The notes beneath the pieces are model-generated. The model was not told where the DNA came from. It saw only the letters and a program-made list of their open reading frames with translations, and did not search any database. DNA of 64,000 nucleotides from Ministeria vibrans ATCC 50519 (lineage: Eukaryota > Protista > Filasterea): assembly GCA_943704425.1 (NCBI GenBank), contig CALSCP010002159.1, positions 62,001 through 126,000 of the forward strand, written 5' to 3'. The position numbers and the translations under genes are program-made. Each line of letters opens with the position of its first letter. Positions within the stretch are counted from its first letter, which is position 1. This document shows positions 45,211-63,900 of this stretch, piece by piece.

Positions 45211-48200
45211 ATGGGAGCTGTCGGTGGCAAGGCTTTACGTGCCGCCGCCACTGCTGGTGACCTTCAACAGCTCCAGCGTGTCCTTGTTCGTTGCGCGGTT
45301 GACCAAGACAAAAGTAAGCAAAAGTCTCTCTTTCTCTCTCAAACTCTCTCTCTCAAACTCTCTCTCAAACTCTCTCTCTCTCTCCGCCCAACTCCCATTC
45401 TCCCGACCTGTAGATGTACAAAGTGCCCTTGACGACGCCGACGAACGCAGCGGAGTCACCGCACTGCACGCAGCCGGTAAAAGAGGCACACCACTCCACA
45501 CCATTATTATTAATATTATTATTATTATTATTATAATAATATTTTTTTTCTAACTCCGTTTCGTCTCTTTTCTTCTCTCTTCTGCGTCGCTTGTGCAGCC
45601 GCCGAAGGACATATAAAATGTGTGGATGCCTTAATAAAAGCCGGGGCCGATGTGCAGGCTCGCGACAAGCGGGGAGAAACGGCTCTCATGACAGCGGTAG
45701 GTTTATGCGGACCCTCTCGAAACGCCCCCTCTTGACTTTTTTTCTCGCTTTCTCCTTCCTCTTGCTCAGTCGCTTGCCAACCGCTCGTTGGCGCTGCGGT
45801 CGCTTGTCAACGCCGGCTCTGTCGTCGACGCCATAGGGGGTCGTGACGAAACGGCTCTGATGCTGGCGGCGCGCAAGGGCAACGCTGACGCCGTCGAGTA
45901 CCTGCTCAGCGTCGGTGCGAGTGTTGACCTTATCAATAGCTATGGTCGCACGGCGCTGTGGCTTGCCGCGCAGACAGGCCAGACGGTCGTTGTTGGAATG
46001 CTTGCGGGTAGTGGAGCCGACGTGAACCGTGCCGACTCGGATGGCGCAAGCCCACTCATTGCCTCGGCCAAGGCAGGCTCCGACCTTGTCGTGCCCATTC
46101 TCTTGCGTTTTGGTGCCTCGCCACATCTCAAAGATGACGCGCAGCTGACTGCTCGCGAGTATGCCCTTGCCCTCAAACACGCCTCGTGGGTAACCGTGCT
46201 CGACGACTGCACCCTGCCCGTCAGCAGACACAGTCGAAACAACTCCGGTGTCGGCACTCCACAACATCATCATGTCTCTTCGGCTACAGCCGCCCTCTCC
46301 TCATCAACACACACCGCTGCGACAGCCGCGACCACATTGTTGTCACAGTCGGGCGACGTCACGCCGGCAGGCATGGCCACGCCCGTCGACGACTCGTCCT
46401 CAGTCATTTCCAGCGGGGAGGTGCGCCGTGCCCTGGCCGCCGTGCCCTCCACTGCAGACACCATGGCCGTGCTGCAGGAACAGGTGCTTGATAAACATCG
46501 TAAACTGCGCGAACTCGAACGTGAAAATGCCCGTCTTGCACACGACATGCGTGGCGCGACGACGGTCAAGATGCGCTCGGTGCTCGAGCGCCTACGCGCA
46601 GTTCGCGCCGAACGCACCATTGCGACGGGTCCCGAGTCACTCTTGTCACCGATGATCGCGACCTTTCTTGCTCAGGTCAGCTCCTTTTGTACAATGGATC
46701 GCAGCATGGCGGATCCGGGCGAGTGGAAGAGCATGCAGGCATACGTCGCAAGTGAGTCGACGCTTGCAGTGCTCCTTGCCGAAATCCGCGCCTACCACGG
46801 CACAACCAACTGCTCGGCGTTCCAGGCGCTTGTCGAGAGCAAGGAGCTTGCGCGTCGCCAATACGCCGAGGCCATGAAGTTCTTCTTGGACGATCTGCAT
46901 GCGGCGCGTCTTGATGAGCGGCGCAAGACGGTCGAGTCGGCACTCAGTGAACTCGCGGCGTGTCTCGCGGTGCTTGACCAACAGGGCCGTGTGAGTGAAC
47001 AGCAGGCGGAGCTGCATCGAAGCGTCATGGCCGAAGACATGGCAGTTGCCAAGGCTAAGGCAGCCGCCGAAGCTGCTGGCGAGTACGGCTCGGCCCTTGC
47101 CGACGTCGACCAGCTGCAGTCGTCTCTCATGGACTGCGTAACGCCCGCCGAGCGATCTACTTCGCCCAAGGCAACTTTTTCTGACATTGTCGAGGATCAC
47201 TTTCTCGAGGACCCCTCCAACTCCGGGGCCGTTGCTTCTCAACATCATCAGCAGCAGAGTGGCGTACCCGTCTCTCCGTCGCGCGTCTCCATTACTTCGT
47301 CGTCATGGGCTCACGTCGTCGCGTCGCCTCCAAAGCCCTCCCTGCGCCAACAGTCCTTTTCGGCTGCCACTCACCGGCGTCCCAATTCCCACTCGACACC
47401 CTCGTCGCGTCGCTCGTCGTCTCCTCTTACGCGACCCGGCTCGTTGCCGACCCTCTCTGCGGCAACGACGGTCGCTAGCGCAGGTGGGAGTGCCGGGGAG
47501 CGCGAACGCGAGCACAACATTGCACATAACCGTATGAGTTTGTTCGACCGACGTGTGCCCACCAAGGTCCTCGACGAGTGTTTCCACTGGGTGCTCCAGC
47601 GCGAAAAGCAACTGTGGCTGCTTCGCGAGAGCACCACGCGCGCTTCGGTGCAGCTCGAAAAGGCTCTTACGCAATTGGCGGCGTTGTTTTCAGCGTCACC
47701 TGCGGAGGGCGAAGCGGTCGACCTGGACGCGCTTGTGGAGGATCTGCACAACTGCCTCGACGCCGAGACACTCTTCTCCTTCAGCGAAGACCTCCAGTTC
47801 ACGTTCCCGCGCGATCCCCTTGTGAGCGTGGCGCGTGCTCTCGTGGACACCATTGGACGACGCGAACTCATTGAGATTGACCGGCTCATTCATCATCGAG
47901 TTTTCATTGAGGGCCGTCTCGCGGCCATGCGACGCTCCTCAAAGATCCCCTCGGACTTCAAGTCGGCCCAAAAGTGGCTTGGCGACACCAAAACACTCAT
48001 GGAGAAGATGGCGGAGCGTCACGGCGATCTCGACCAGTTGCTGCAGATGCATCAGGTGTCGCGCAGAGGCACAAGTGGTGGTGGTGATGGTGATGGTGAT
48101 GGTGGTGGTGGACTGGTGGACTTTGAGGAGTCAGTGCCGTCGCATGCGGGCGAAGCTCTCTTCAACGAGGACCTCAACGGCGATAATGTGCACGCGGCGC

Positions 48201-50766
48201 GGGCCGCCATGTGGGCATGCGAGGCGGTGTTTGTCGAGCGCCTCAACGTGCTCTGTCAGCTTGCAGGCGAGCATTTTCCCGAGCTCGTTCTAATGTGTGC
48301 AGACGCCAAAGATCTGCGTGACGTGCTGCAGTCGGCACTGCGTCGCAACGGCGTCAGCATTGTGTACCCGTGGCGCTCGCGCAAACACTTCGCGCTGCTC
48401 GAAGATGGTGCGGACGATTGGGCCGACTCGTCGCTGTCAGTGCTCACGAGCATGCAGCGACCCACCACATACACGGCACGCCACGGCAATAGCACCTGCC
48501 TGCTCAAGGAGTACACGCTGGTCGACGGCAATGTGGACGAGCTAGAGTCGCGCGCGTCACTTTGGTACCAGCTGAGTCGCCAGGCAACGAGTGCTCTCGT
48601 CTGTCCCATCTCGCTCTTCCACGACAGTGGTACTGCCAAGTTCTTTGTACAGCTACCGGCGTCGGAATTTTGCGGTCATTTGCGACATTGGTGCGCGCAA
48701 TTCCCGCACGCGACCATCGAGGAGGTGCGCCTCGTTGTGTACGATGTGCTGCGTGGCCTGGCGGCACTCCATGTACATGGCGTCGCCTACGGCGAAATGC
48801 GCGCCGAACAGGTGCTCGTCACCGAGCAAGGGCGTGCCAAGCTTGCCGACATTGATTTGCGCACTTGGTCGGCCGAGTGCAGCACGGACGCACTTGCCAA
48901 CGACATGTTTGCTTGTGGTCGTATGCTTCAAGAGCTCTTTTTGCCGCCTGAGCTATACAGCGCGTCGAAAATTCTCTTGTCGCGTCGCGAGTCGGCCACC
49001 AGTGCCCTCTCGAGTACCGTCGCGAGTAGTGTGGAGACGTCGCCTCGTAAGGCGAAGCGTCACAGTGACGTGCGCTCGGGGGCGATCACGTCAAGCGCTC
49101 CCTCGACCGACATCCTCCTGAGCACGTCGCCGTCGTCGTCGGCGGTCACCACGTCGAGTGCCACGGCCGCTACGACGTCGGCCACGTCGTCGTCTCTCAA
49201 CAGCAACAGTACTGTGACGACGAGTGTGGCGCAGGGCAACAGCGTTAATGCGAATAGCAATAGTACGGCGGCCGGTTCGCTTGCCTCTGTATTGCAGTCG
49301 CATCCGGGCAGCGGCACGTCGACCCCCCGCACTCGCAATGCCACGTCCACGACGTACACCGACGAGGCTGCAGAGGAGTTTAGATTGGGCGAACGAGCAG
49401 CGCTGGCGGCGGCCGCACGACTGCAGGCGCTTGTGCATCGCAGCAACAGTGACAGTCTGTCGCTGTTAGCACGCGACGCTGGCTTTGTCGACCTACTCAC
49501 GTGTCTGACAGTGTCGGACCATTCGCGACGCTTGACAGCGCGCGAGGCACTTGTGCATCCATTCTGCATGCAGTCGGTGGCGATGGCAATGCAGCGAGGC
49601 ATTGAGGAGCAACTTGCTTTTTGGTTGGGGCGCGAGCGCGAGCTGGTGGCGGCGCTGGCGACATGTGAGACGGACACGGAGCAGATGCTGTCGTGCATGA
49701 GCAGCACGCGTGCGCAGGAGCGTGTGCTCAAAGAGCAACGTCGCCACGCGGTGGGCCGACACCGCGTCTTTGAGTTGGAGCTACTGCTACGGGGCAATGC
49801 TCGTGAGCGACGGCGACTCGAGACGCAATCGGACGAGTTGCGCGCACGCGGACGCGAACTGGTTGGTGACATGACCGAGTGCCAGCGCAAACTGGTGGAG
49901 ACGCGTCAGGCACTGAGCGAGGAGCGCATTCGCGTGCAAGGGGGCGGCCTCTACCCAATCTATTGGACATCGCGCGACATGAGCGTGTTTCCGCCGCCGA
50001 AGGAGCTTACTGTGAGCGACCACCTTGTCCCGCTCGTGTCCGAGCTGGTTTCGTCCACCTTTGTGGGGCGCTATGCGACACGCACGTCGGGTCTCGCCGT
50101 CGACTGGGTGGTTCGTGTCGAGAACTCGTGGTTATACGCACGCTATGTGCAACGAGCGATAGCGTTGCGCGCGCAGGAGATGGCGTCGGCGCGAGTGCGG
50201 GTGGAGTCACACCGCTCGTGGATGGACACAGAGCTGTGTGTGGATCGATCCATCAACGAGACGTACCTGTTGCTGCCGTGTGCCAATGTGAAGCGAGCGA
50301 CGGCAATCAAGAGTCTGGGGGTGGGGCGGGCAGTGGGTGCTCTGGGCGCCACGTGGCTTGTCGAGAACAGCTCGTGCGCCGACGAGCATACTATGCCCGC
50401 CGACCAGTCTGTCTGCTACATGTTCCTTGCACGCGTTGCCCTTGGCCATGCCGCTGCGTTTACTGCTCAACCCCGTGCCGATGAAGTCCATGCCCATGAT
50501 GACCACTCGTGGAGTGTCAACGGAACGCTCGTAAGTCCGACAAAGAGTGATCGAGCACTTTCCCATTAATAATAATAATAATAATAATGGCTGACGAGGA
50601 AATTTTATTTATCATCTTTTTGTGTGTGTGTTAGATGAACACAATGATTGTGGAGAAGAAGGCGAATGATTCGCGAGCGAGCGGGCGCTATCGACACTAC
50701 GGTGTGTTCTCGCCGGCTCAGGTGTATCCTGAGTTTCTCATCAAATGTCGTCGGACTCTGGTGTAA
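45211..50766 (+). CDS. Ankyrin repeat / coiled-coil / pseudokinase / degenerate PARP-like (ART) domain protein
   Basis: Ankyrin repeats (GVTALHAA, GETALMTA, ETALMLAARKG, GRTALWLAA, GASPLIASA). Kinase-like fold (CLLKEY..DVLRGLAALHVHGVAYGEMRAEQVLV..KLADID..LTAREALVHPF). ART-like C-terminus (YPIYWT, VVRVENSWLYARY, INETYLL, MFLARVALG) completed by last exon 50636-50766 (YRHYGVFSPAQVYPEFLIKC). Confidence 0.82.
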
Positions 50767-50867
50767 AACATTATTATTATTATTATTCAATAGAATGAAA
50801 GTAATGGATGAAGAACGGGTTCCCTGTATAAATAAAACAAACACATGCTTATGAGTGGTAATGTGGG

Positions 50868-51473
50868 TCATTCAAGAGCCTCTATTCTGAAATCGCGCAG
50901 AGCCGACACACACTCGTCCATTGTTTCGGCATAGTCACACTTGAGCTGGTCCAGTTGCGACGCGAGAGCCGCATTCTCGCAACGCTGGTCGGGCGTCGCC
51001 GTCTCTGAGTCGGCAGCGGCATCGTTGGCATCTTCTTCTTCTCCGGCGTGATCACACTTGTGGTGGGAGTTGGGCTGAGTGAAACGGGCCAAGACTTGTT
51101 TTTGCTCGGTGATTTGGATTTGAGCGCAGAGGTTCAGCTTGGTCTTTTCCGCCTGCTGCACATCCTCAAGGACATCCACAAGATCCTGTCGGTGGTGGAC
51201 GTCGCGCAGCTCGTCCATGATCGCCTTCATTTCGTCGCTGATGTCCTTGAAGGTTCGCGTCACTTCGCGCACGAGCAACGTGAAGATCTCCCCGTTGAGG
51301 CGGGGCGCTGCTGCGAGGTACGCCTGGAAGCCTCTGTGGTGGGGCGACAGGCAACGGAATGAGTTCATGTGTGTGTGGGGGGGGGGGGGGGGGTGTCGTA
51401 CTCGCTGTAGAGGCGATAGGTTTCTTCGCGTTCCGCTTGCAATGTTTCGACCCGATTGACAATGTCGTCAATC
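50868..51473 (-). CDS. REX1-B domain protein (REX1BD/C19orf60-like); 5' end unresolved
   Basis: IDDIVNRVETLQAEREETYRLYS.|GFQAYL..LVREVTRTFKDISDEMKAI..DLVDVLEDVQQAEKTKLNLCAQIQ fits the recalled REX1-B helical pattern. Confidence 0.7.
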
Positions 51474-52135
51474 TTACATGCAAAAGGGTGCATGTTGAAG
51501 TGTGAGTGCCAACGCGAGTGTGCAAGGATGCTTATATTGTATGTGTACCGAGCGGGGGCAGTCAGATGACATGGGAAAAAGGTGAAAAAAAAAGTAAATC
51601 AAATCAATCAATTAATCAAAGCAGGACAGGAGACACAAAGGAGACGAATGTAACAATCATGAATAATTACAACGAGACATCAGACAAGCGCCCTTGAGAA
51701 ATACGCTAAGAGACGGTAGAGAGATGCAGGTAACATGAATCACTGATACTCACCCGCACTGGTGGGAATTTCTTTCAGCTCGATAAATAACTCAGTGTGA
51801 ACATATTTTTTTTTTTTTTTTTTTTTGGCTTTCTAACGCACGGAAGCGTCGAGAGAAGGTGAAGATAAACTGGTTGGCCGACGATTGGCTTTCTTTGTGC
51901 CTGCGCGATCTCGACATATAGATTGACTTGCAAGTGACTGCTCTCCTTTTATTCAACGACACCCTTTTTGACAACGATTGACTGGCCTGCCCATCGTTTT
52001 TTTATTCCGACTTCTTTTTGGTTGCCACGGAGACGGCGGTTTCATTTTAGCATTCGAGGTACAGCGCAAGCGCATTAAGCCTTCCGTTCAATACTCACAC
52101 GCTCACTGTCGTCTTTTATATATGTTGATGTAAGA

Positions 52136-54018
52136 ATGACGTCGGTATCATCTGAGAAGGCACAAGACTATCAGACGGGTCGCAAAGGCAGTTTTCGCGG
52201 AGTCTTCAGAAGCAGTTCACGAGGTGCAGCCGGTATGGTCTGTACAGTTCAAAGCACTACTCAAACGCGTGCATGCACTGTCCCTTGCATGGCTGTTTTG
52301 CTTTAATTTCAGCAAGACTGACAAAGCTTTTTCTTTCTTACCCCGTTTTAGATGAACAAGAACCGCATACGAAATTGGTGAAGCGCGCGTCGACCATTCA
52401 ACCGCGGCAGTCAAGCATCATCCAACTGGACTCGGTACCGGCCGATCCCAGCGTGTTGCCACCGTCGGTACCGCTCACACGGTGTGCAAGTGCCGACTTT
52501 TACGGGACAACAGACTCTCTTGCCCTCCCTGAGCTGCCACTCAATGTCGGTCGTGCAAGTCCCATTTCAAGGGGTGGCTCTGTCTCGCCGAGCTACGCCA
52601 ACAAGGCACTGAGTCGTCGCTCGAGTCTCATTACACTCAGTGCAACCGCCGGCTTGGACGGCACCGAAGCTCAGGTGCCGTACGTCGAGTTGCCTGACCG
52701 CACCCATGATCCCATCATTCCCGCTCTGGCAGAAGTAAGATCGTCAACTTAAACAAGAAGGAAAAAATGATTGTAATTATTATTATTAAATTGTAGCCTG
52801 GCCCGGCGGGATACAGAACGGAACAGCGGCGAGCGTCGGTGGAGCGTCGCACGTCGGCCGAGAATTCGAACGGCAGCACAGCCTCAGATTGGGCAAAGAA
52901 ACGACGAAGTTCCATCAACACTGCGATCAAGTGTACGAAATATTGAGTTTATGGTCGCCTTTGATCATGATAATTATATATGATGAGCTTTTAGTCGCCA
53001 CCAATATAATTATTATCAATATTAATGTTAATAATTAATAATGATAATAATATTATTATTATATTTTTATGTAGATACTGGCGTGTCCTATACGAGCGAA
53101 TCACCAGCGGTAGTGAGCCTGCCGCCATTGGGGGGCTCTCAAGCACAACAAGGCGCAACCACTGCACGCACTTCGGTGTCGTCGACGACAAAGCGAGGCT
53201 CGATCGAGGCGGATACGATGTTTGACGGCCATGGCAGCGATGGAGTGGCGTGGGAGCGGCCACGCGCCAACTCGATTCATCGGGCGTCAACAACACAGGC
53301 CCGCGAGGAGGAGCGAGCACGGGAGCAGCGACAGCGCACGAAGATTGGCAACACGCCGCACATGGTGACGACACGGGTGCAGACAGACGAGTGGACAGAC
53401 CCGGCCGAGGTGCACCCGGTGCTCATGGCCGCTGGCGAGATGTACGACGCAAGCGAAGTGCACCCATCGCTGGCACTGTACGCGAGCAAGTGGACACAGA
53501 CGATTGACGTGCGCACCACCAACCCGACCGACGTCGACCCGATGATTCAGTGGCCGCCAGAGAGAGCAGGGGCAGGAGCACCCATGGTGATGATGGCGCC
53601 GTATGGGCTGGTACAGCAGTCAGACGGATCTATGCAGGTGGTCATGCTGGGTGGTCATGGTGGAGGAGGAGGAGTCGACGACGTCGATGGGGGGTATGTG
53701 GATGTGGACTCGGACTCGGACGCGCGAGGACACATTGCAAATGCTCTGACAGTGCCGCAGCCCATTGAGAAGTTGAAACGACGTAAGACGTGGCAGGAGA
53801 AGGACAATCAAAAGCGGCACAAATCGCTTAAGAAGAAGAAGTCCAAGAAGAAGAGCGATAAGACGAAGAAAAAGGGGACGAAGACTAAGAAGGTCAAGGG
53901 GAAGCCACGCTATATGGACTTTCGCAAGAAGGAGAGCGCGGAGCGCAGTGAGAAGAAGGAGTATGAGAAGGTGAAGAAGGCAACTGACGCTCGCATCAAA
54001 AAGGCTTTGGGCAAGTAA
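52136..54018 (+). CDS. Hypothetical intrinsically disordered protein with Lys-rich C-terminus
   Basis: GC-rich exon-like blocks (52136-52233, ~52351-52734, ~52797-52931, ~53075-54018) are separated by AT-rich GT-AG introns. Many RRxS/RRSS sites and a KKKKSKKK tail; no recognised domain. Confidence 0.55.
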
Positions 54019-54096
54019 ACCTGATGATTTGTTCATCTCAATTCTTATTATGAGTTTAAGGGTTGAGTGTATGGATTGTAGAATTGTATTCTTCTG

Positions 54097-59678
<5,582 letters not shown>

Positions 59679-60974
59679 ATCGGCATCAATCGATTAAAAT
59701 GAAATTGAGTAGTGATAAATGATAATCTTTTGTGTGATTTTTGTGGTGGTACGTCCATCTCAATTTATTGGAGTCAGTCAGGTACACAAGGTTGCCCGAT
59801 GACCGGTTGCCCGCGGTGTGACTGGTGTCGGCGCTCAGTCACTCAGACACTCACTTGGCAGAGTGGTAGACATTTAACAGAAATCGGATCAATTTGAATG
59901 ACAATAAACTTTCATCATAAATATGTCGACACAGCACTATGACCTGCCACTGTTCTCCCATGTTACCTCTAGAGTTTCGGTTGAGTTTGCAAGGCGGTCT
60001 GGCTGTGTCTTCGCGTGGTGACTGTATCATTAATAAATGGGATGTATTCTTCTTCTTCTTCTAATTTATTATGTGTATGTTTAGTGAAGGGGTTCTGTTA
60101 ACTCTTTCCACTCGGAAACGGAACGGCGACGGAATGTGACGCAGAATCGTCCGTCGACATTGCAGGCCTGTGTACATCAGAGCGATCGCGGCGACTCCGC
60201 GTCTGAAACAAACAGACATGACAGCCATGGGGGATCGAACACTTCTGACCATTCGGGGTTGACGGAGGGTTGACGGGCGACGGCGTATTCAGGGAAAATG
60301 TCTTGAGGGTGATGGAAGATTTTCGGAGACGGAAGATCAAAAGATAGACGATCTCCTGGGGAGGACTTCGATGCGAAGAAAGTTCAGCTGGCACAGAGAC
60401 AAAGATGACACGGCGTGTGGGAGAAATCGGCAATCGCAAGAGACATGGCAAGCACCAAACCTGATGGCGAGGCGGATGTCGACCTTCGGCAAATTGCATC
60501 AGATAGACCGACAGGTGACGAGGAAGTTGGTCGCCTCGACGCAATACAGTTGGCCTGACATCAAACGGTCTGAAACTGATCAGAGGAATCAGGAGTAAAC
60601 ACAAAGAAAGAGAACATGACCCTCTCTGCGGAATTTCTTCGAGCCGCTGCGAGTAGCGGATTTTCAGGAACTATAATAGTTATCGGCCATTTGACATTGA
60701 TTGACGTTGAAAAAGCTATCAACATTTTCGTTGCTTGCTTCTCTAATGACTGCCAAGGCTAGCTCCTCGGTCATTCCCAAATTCCAAGTGCAACAAACGA
60801 AAATAAAATTTATAAAAGTAAATAATGTTGTCTTCTTATTCGAAAGCAGTGATGATAAAACTTACAATAGTAAAGTAATTAATATCATTCTTATAATATT
60901 ATAATTAACACGACTAACAGCTAATTAAAAAAATATATATATAAAAATGATTATTGATTATAATTATACCTCCG

Positions 60975-63900
60975 TCACAAAAATGACGAAGAGAGATCCT
61001 CTAACTCTGCGCCAAGCGATCGCACAAGTGAGCCCTTGTCAATCTCCGCCCTCATATACTGCACCAGACGGCAATGCAGCTCGGTGAAAGTGGGCCTCTG
61101 GCTTGCATCCTTGTGCCAGCAACTCAGCATCAGCTGATGGCAGGCGTCAGGACATTCCCGTGGTCGATCCAGTCGCTTCCCTTCACGTAGGGTTTGCGCC
61201 AAACTCTGAATCTCTAGAGACTTGTATGGGCGCACGGTGCCAAAGGTCATCACCTCCCACGCAACCACTCCAAAAGACCACACGTCCGTCTTGATCGAGA
61301 ACTTGCGGAACTCCAACGACTCAAGAGCCATCCAACGTACAGGGAGTCTGCTTCGCGTCTTGACGCGGTAGTAGTCATCGTCATCCATCCGGCGTGACAG
61401 TCCAAAGTCAGCCACCTTGATCACTGAGCCATGGCCAACGAGGCAATTACGAGCAGCCAACTGGCGAAGGAAAGGAAGAAAAAAGAGAGGGGCGAACTAA
61501 ACTTAGAAAACAAACATCATCACCATCACAAGGCTTCTTACATCGCGATGAACGAAAGAGAGAGACGAGATATACTCCATGCCTGAACTGATTTGCATCA
61601 ACATATTCAACTGCTCAGCATAGCTCACGTTCAGAGCCGCGCAGGTGACACACAGGCGCAAAAAGTTGCGCAAATCACCGTGAGGACAATGCTATACGCA
61701 AATAAGAGGAATAAGAATAATAATAATAATAATAATTATAACAAAAGTCTTTTCTCATGGGGCTTGGTTTGGTGTGTACCTCAATAATGATGAGATAGGG
61801 ATCATTGACAACGCACACACCCACTAGTCCGAGAATGTTCTCATGATGAAAGGTAGCGAGAAGATGGGCTTCCGACAGGTAGTCTTCGCGCTCCCTTGCC
61901 TTCGCCCCATCTTTCAGCGTCTTCACAGCCACATACTTGGGATTCTTCCCATTCACATCAGTTGCACTTGCCTTGAGCACAACTCCAAATTCTCCTTTGC
62001 CGATTTCTTCGATAAAGGATAGTCGCGTGCGGTCAAAATGAAACGCGTCCACCTTGCTGGGGTCAAGTGGGAAGTTGTAAATGTTGCTTGAAACTGAGTC
62101 GGCGTTGTATATCGCGACCTCAGGAGGTAAGTCAACCCTCACGGTTTTGCGACTGGCTGTACCATACTTGGCAAACTCATCTTCATCCTCGAGAGCACCG
62201 TTGCTCTGTCTGAAAGGATTCATGGCGCGAGAATTCGGGCGCTGACCCCGCGCCGATATTTTGATTGTCTGGTAGATGTTCTCCAAGTCACCGGTGCGTA
62301 CCTGTCTCTCGTACAAGTCATAGTCGTCATAAGCTTCCCCAACGGTCTCATGGCAAACCTGTGGCGCCCGCAACGCGCCATACTCGGCACTAATTGGTCG
62401 ACGATATTCCTCGAGATTCACATAGGCTGATTGCGACATGCTGTCAGAGAGAGGAACGTGATTAACATTCTCGTACTGCACAGAGGCTGTCGCGGTGGAC
62501 GCTGCGACAGATTGATAGATATCATCAAGCGCTGGTATGCTATCAGTCGCGTCGTACACGTGAGACCCGCTTGCCGAACCGCCAGGCTGGGACACCAACT
62601 CGTCCAATGATGGAGGCGCCGTACCAAGGGTACCATAAGCTGACGTCTCTTGTGGCCGAGAAACGTTTTTTGCGCTGAGTAGATTGTTGATGTCGTCACT
62701 TGAGATACCATACAAACGGCGAAGATCTTCAATATGCGCCTGCTGCTCTGGGATTTCGGTGAGTACTTCCGCAGAGTAAAAAAATGGCATGGCCTTCTGA
62801 GAGAGAGAGCCTTTCTGGGCCTCTCGCGACTTGTGAGACAGATTCCTTTCGTGAAATGTCACTTTATCTTGCGCGCTGTGTAAAAATGAGAGAACCGAAA
62901 CTGGTCGTATTGGATTAATATCGGCAGTGCGATTCATATCGGCAGTGCTAATCAGTTCGCTCTTGTGCGATTCGATCATCGGTATAGAGATTTGTGATAT
63001 CGAAACTAAATCGTGACGAGTCCGCCCGAAACGCTTGCCACGACCACGACGTCGCCACAACACCACAATCACAATCATCAGGAGAATGCCCACGGCAACG
63101 GCAACAATTGCTCCAATGATGGGCAAGCTCGACGACGAGCCCGACGACTGACCACCCGTCCCACCACCTCCGCCGGGCTGATCCGGATCCAACGCTTCGC
63201 TGTCCGCCATCACCGCAAGCGCATAGGTACCCGTCTGTCGTGTCAGGCACGTTACACTCTCGCTGCTGCCAGCAAGGCGCTTCGAGCCTGTCGGTGTCCA
63301 TGAACCACTCGTCGCACTCCAGCGCACACAACTGATTGTTTGGCCCCCGGACACACTGCTGACCGTCGTGTTGCTCGTGATGGGCAGTGTCAATTGAATG
63401 CCGTACTCATCCATGTCGACAGGCACGCCCACTTGTGGGCTAGCAGTGGCACGCAGCGACACATCGTAGTAGTTGGACATAATGGTGCGTGTCGACGCGA
63501 CCGCCTTGGGATTGCTCGTGAACACAAGCCAAATGGCGGTCAGGTCACAGCTCGAAGTGGTCGAGCAGCTCGTCACCGACGACACCGTCTCAATGAGTTC
63601 ATCCGCGTCAAAGAGAGCACGCGTATTGCACGTGCCCGAGTGCGACAGGGCACACAAACCCGCATAGTCAACAACATTGTTAAAGGGCGACGTTGCATAC
63701 GCAATGGCGCGTCGTCGGCCGGTCGCTGAGATCGCAGCAGGTGTCACCGTGCGCACACCCACAAGCAGTTGTGTCATGCCCGCATCCACTACCAGAGACT
63801 TCACGCCCGGTGAGAGAGTAGCGCCCACGCTGGCGCCCACATCAAGCATGCTCGCAATCACGGCACGTGAGGTCGTTGTCATTGTTTTCGACGATGACGA

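Noticed and set aside
45211-50766. Tankyrase call
   Set aside because: It has only a few ankyrin repeats, no SAM domain, no PARP catalytic triad, and an intervening kinase-like domain.
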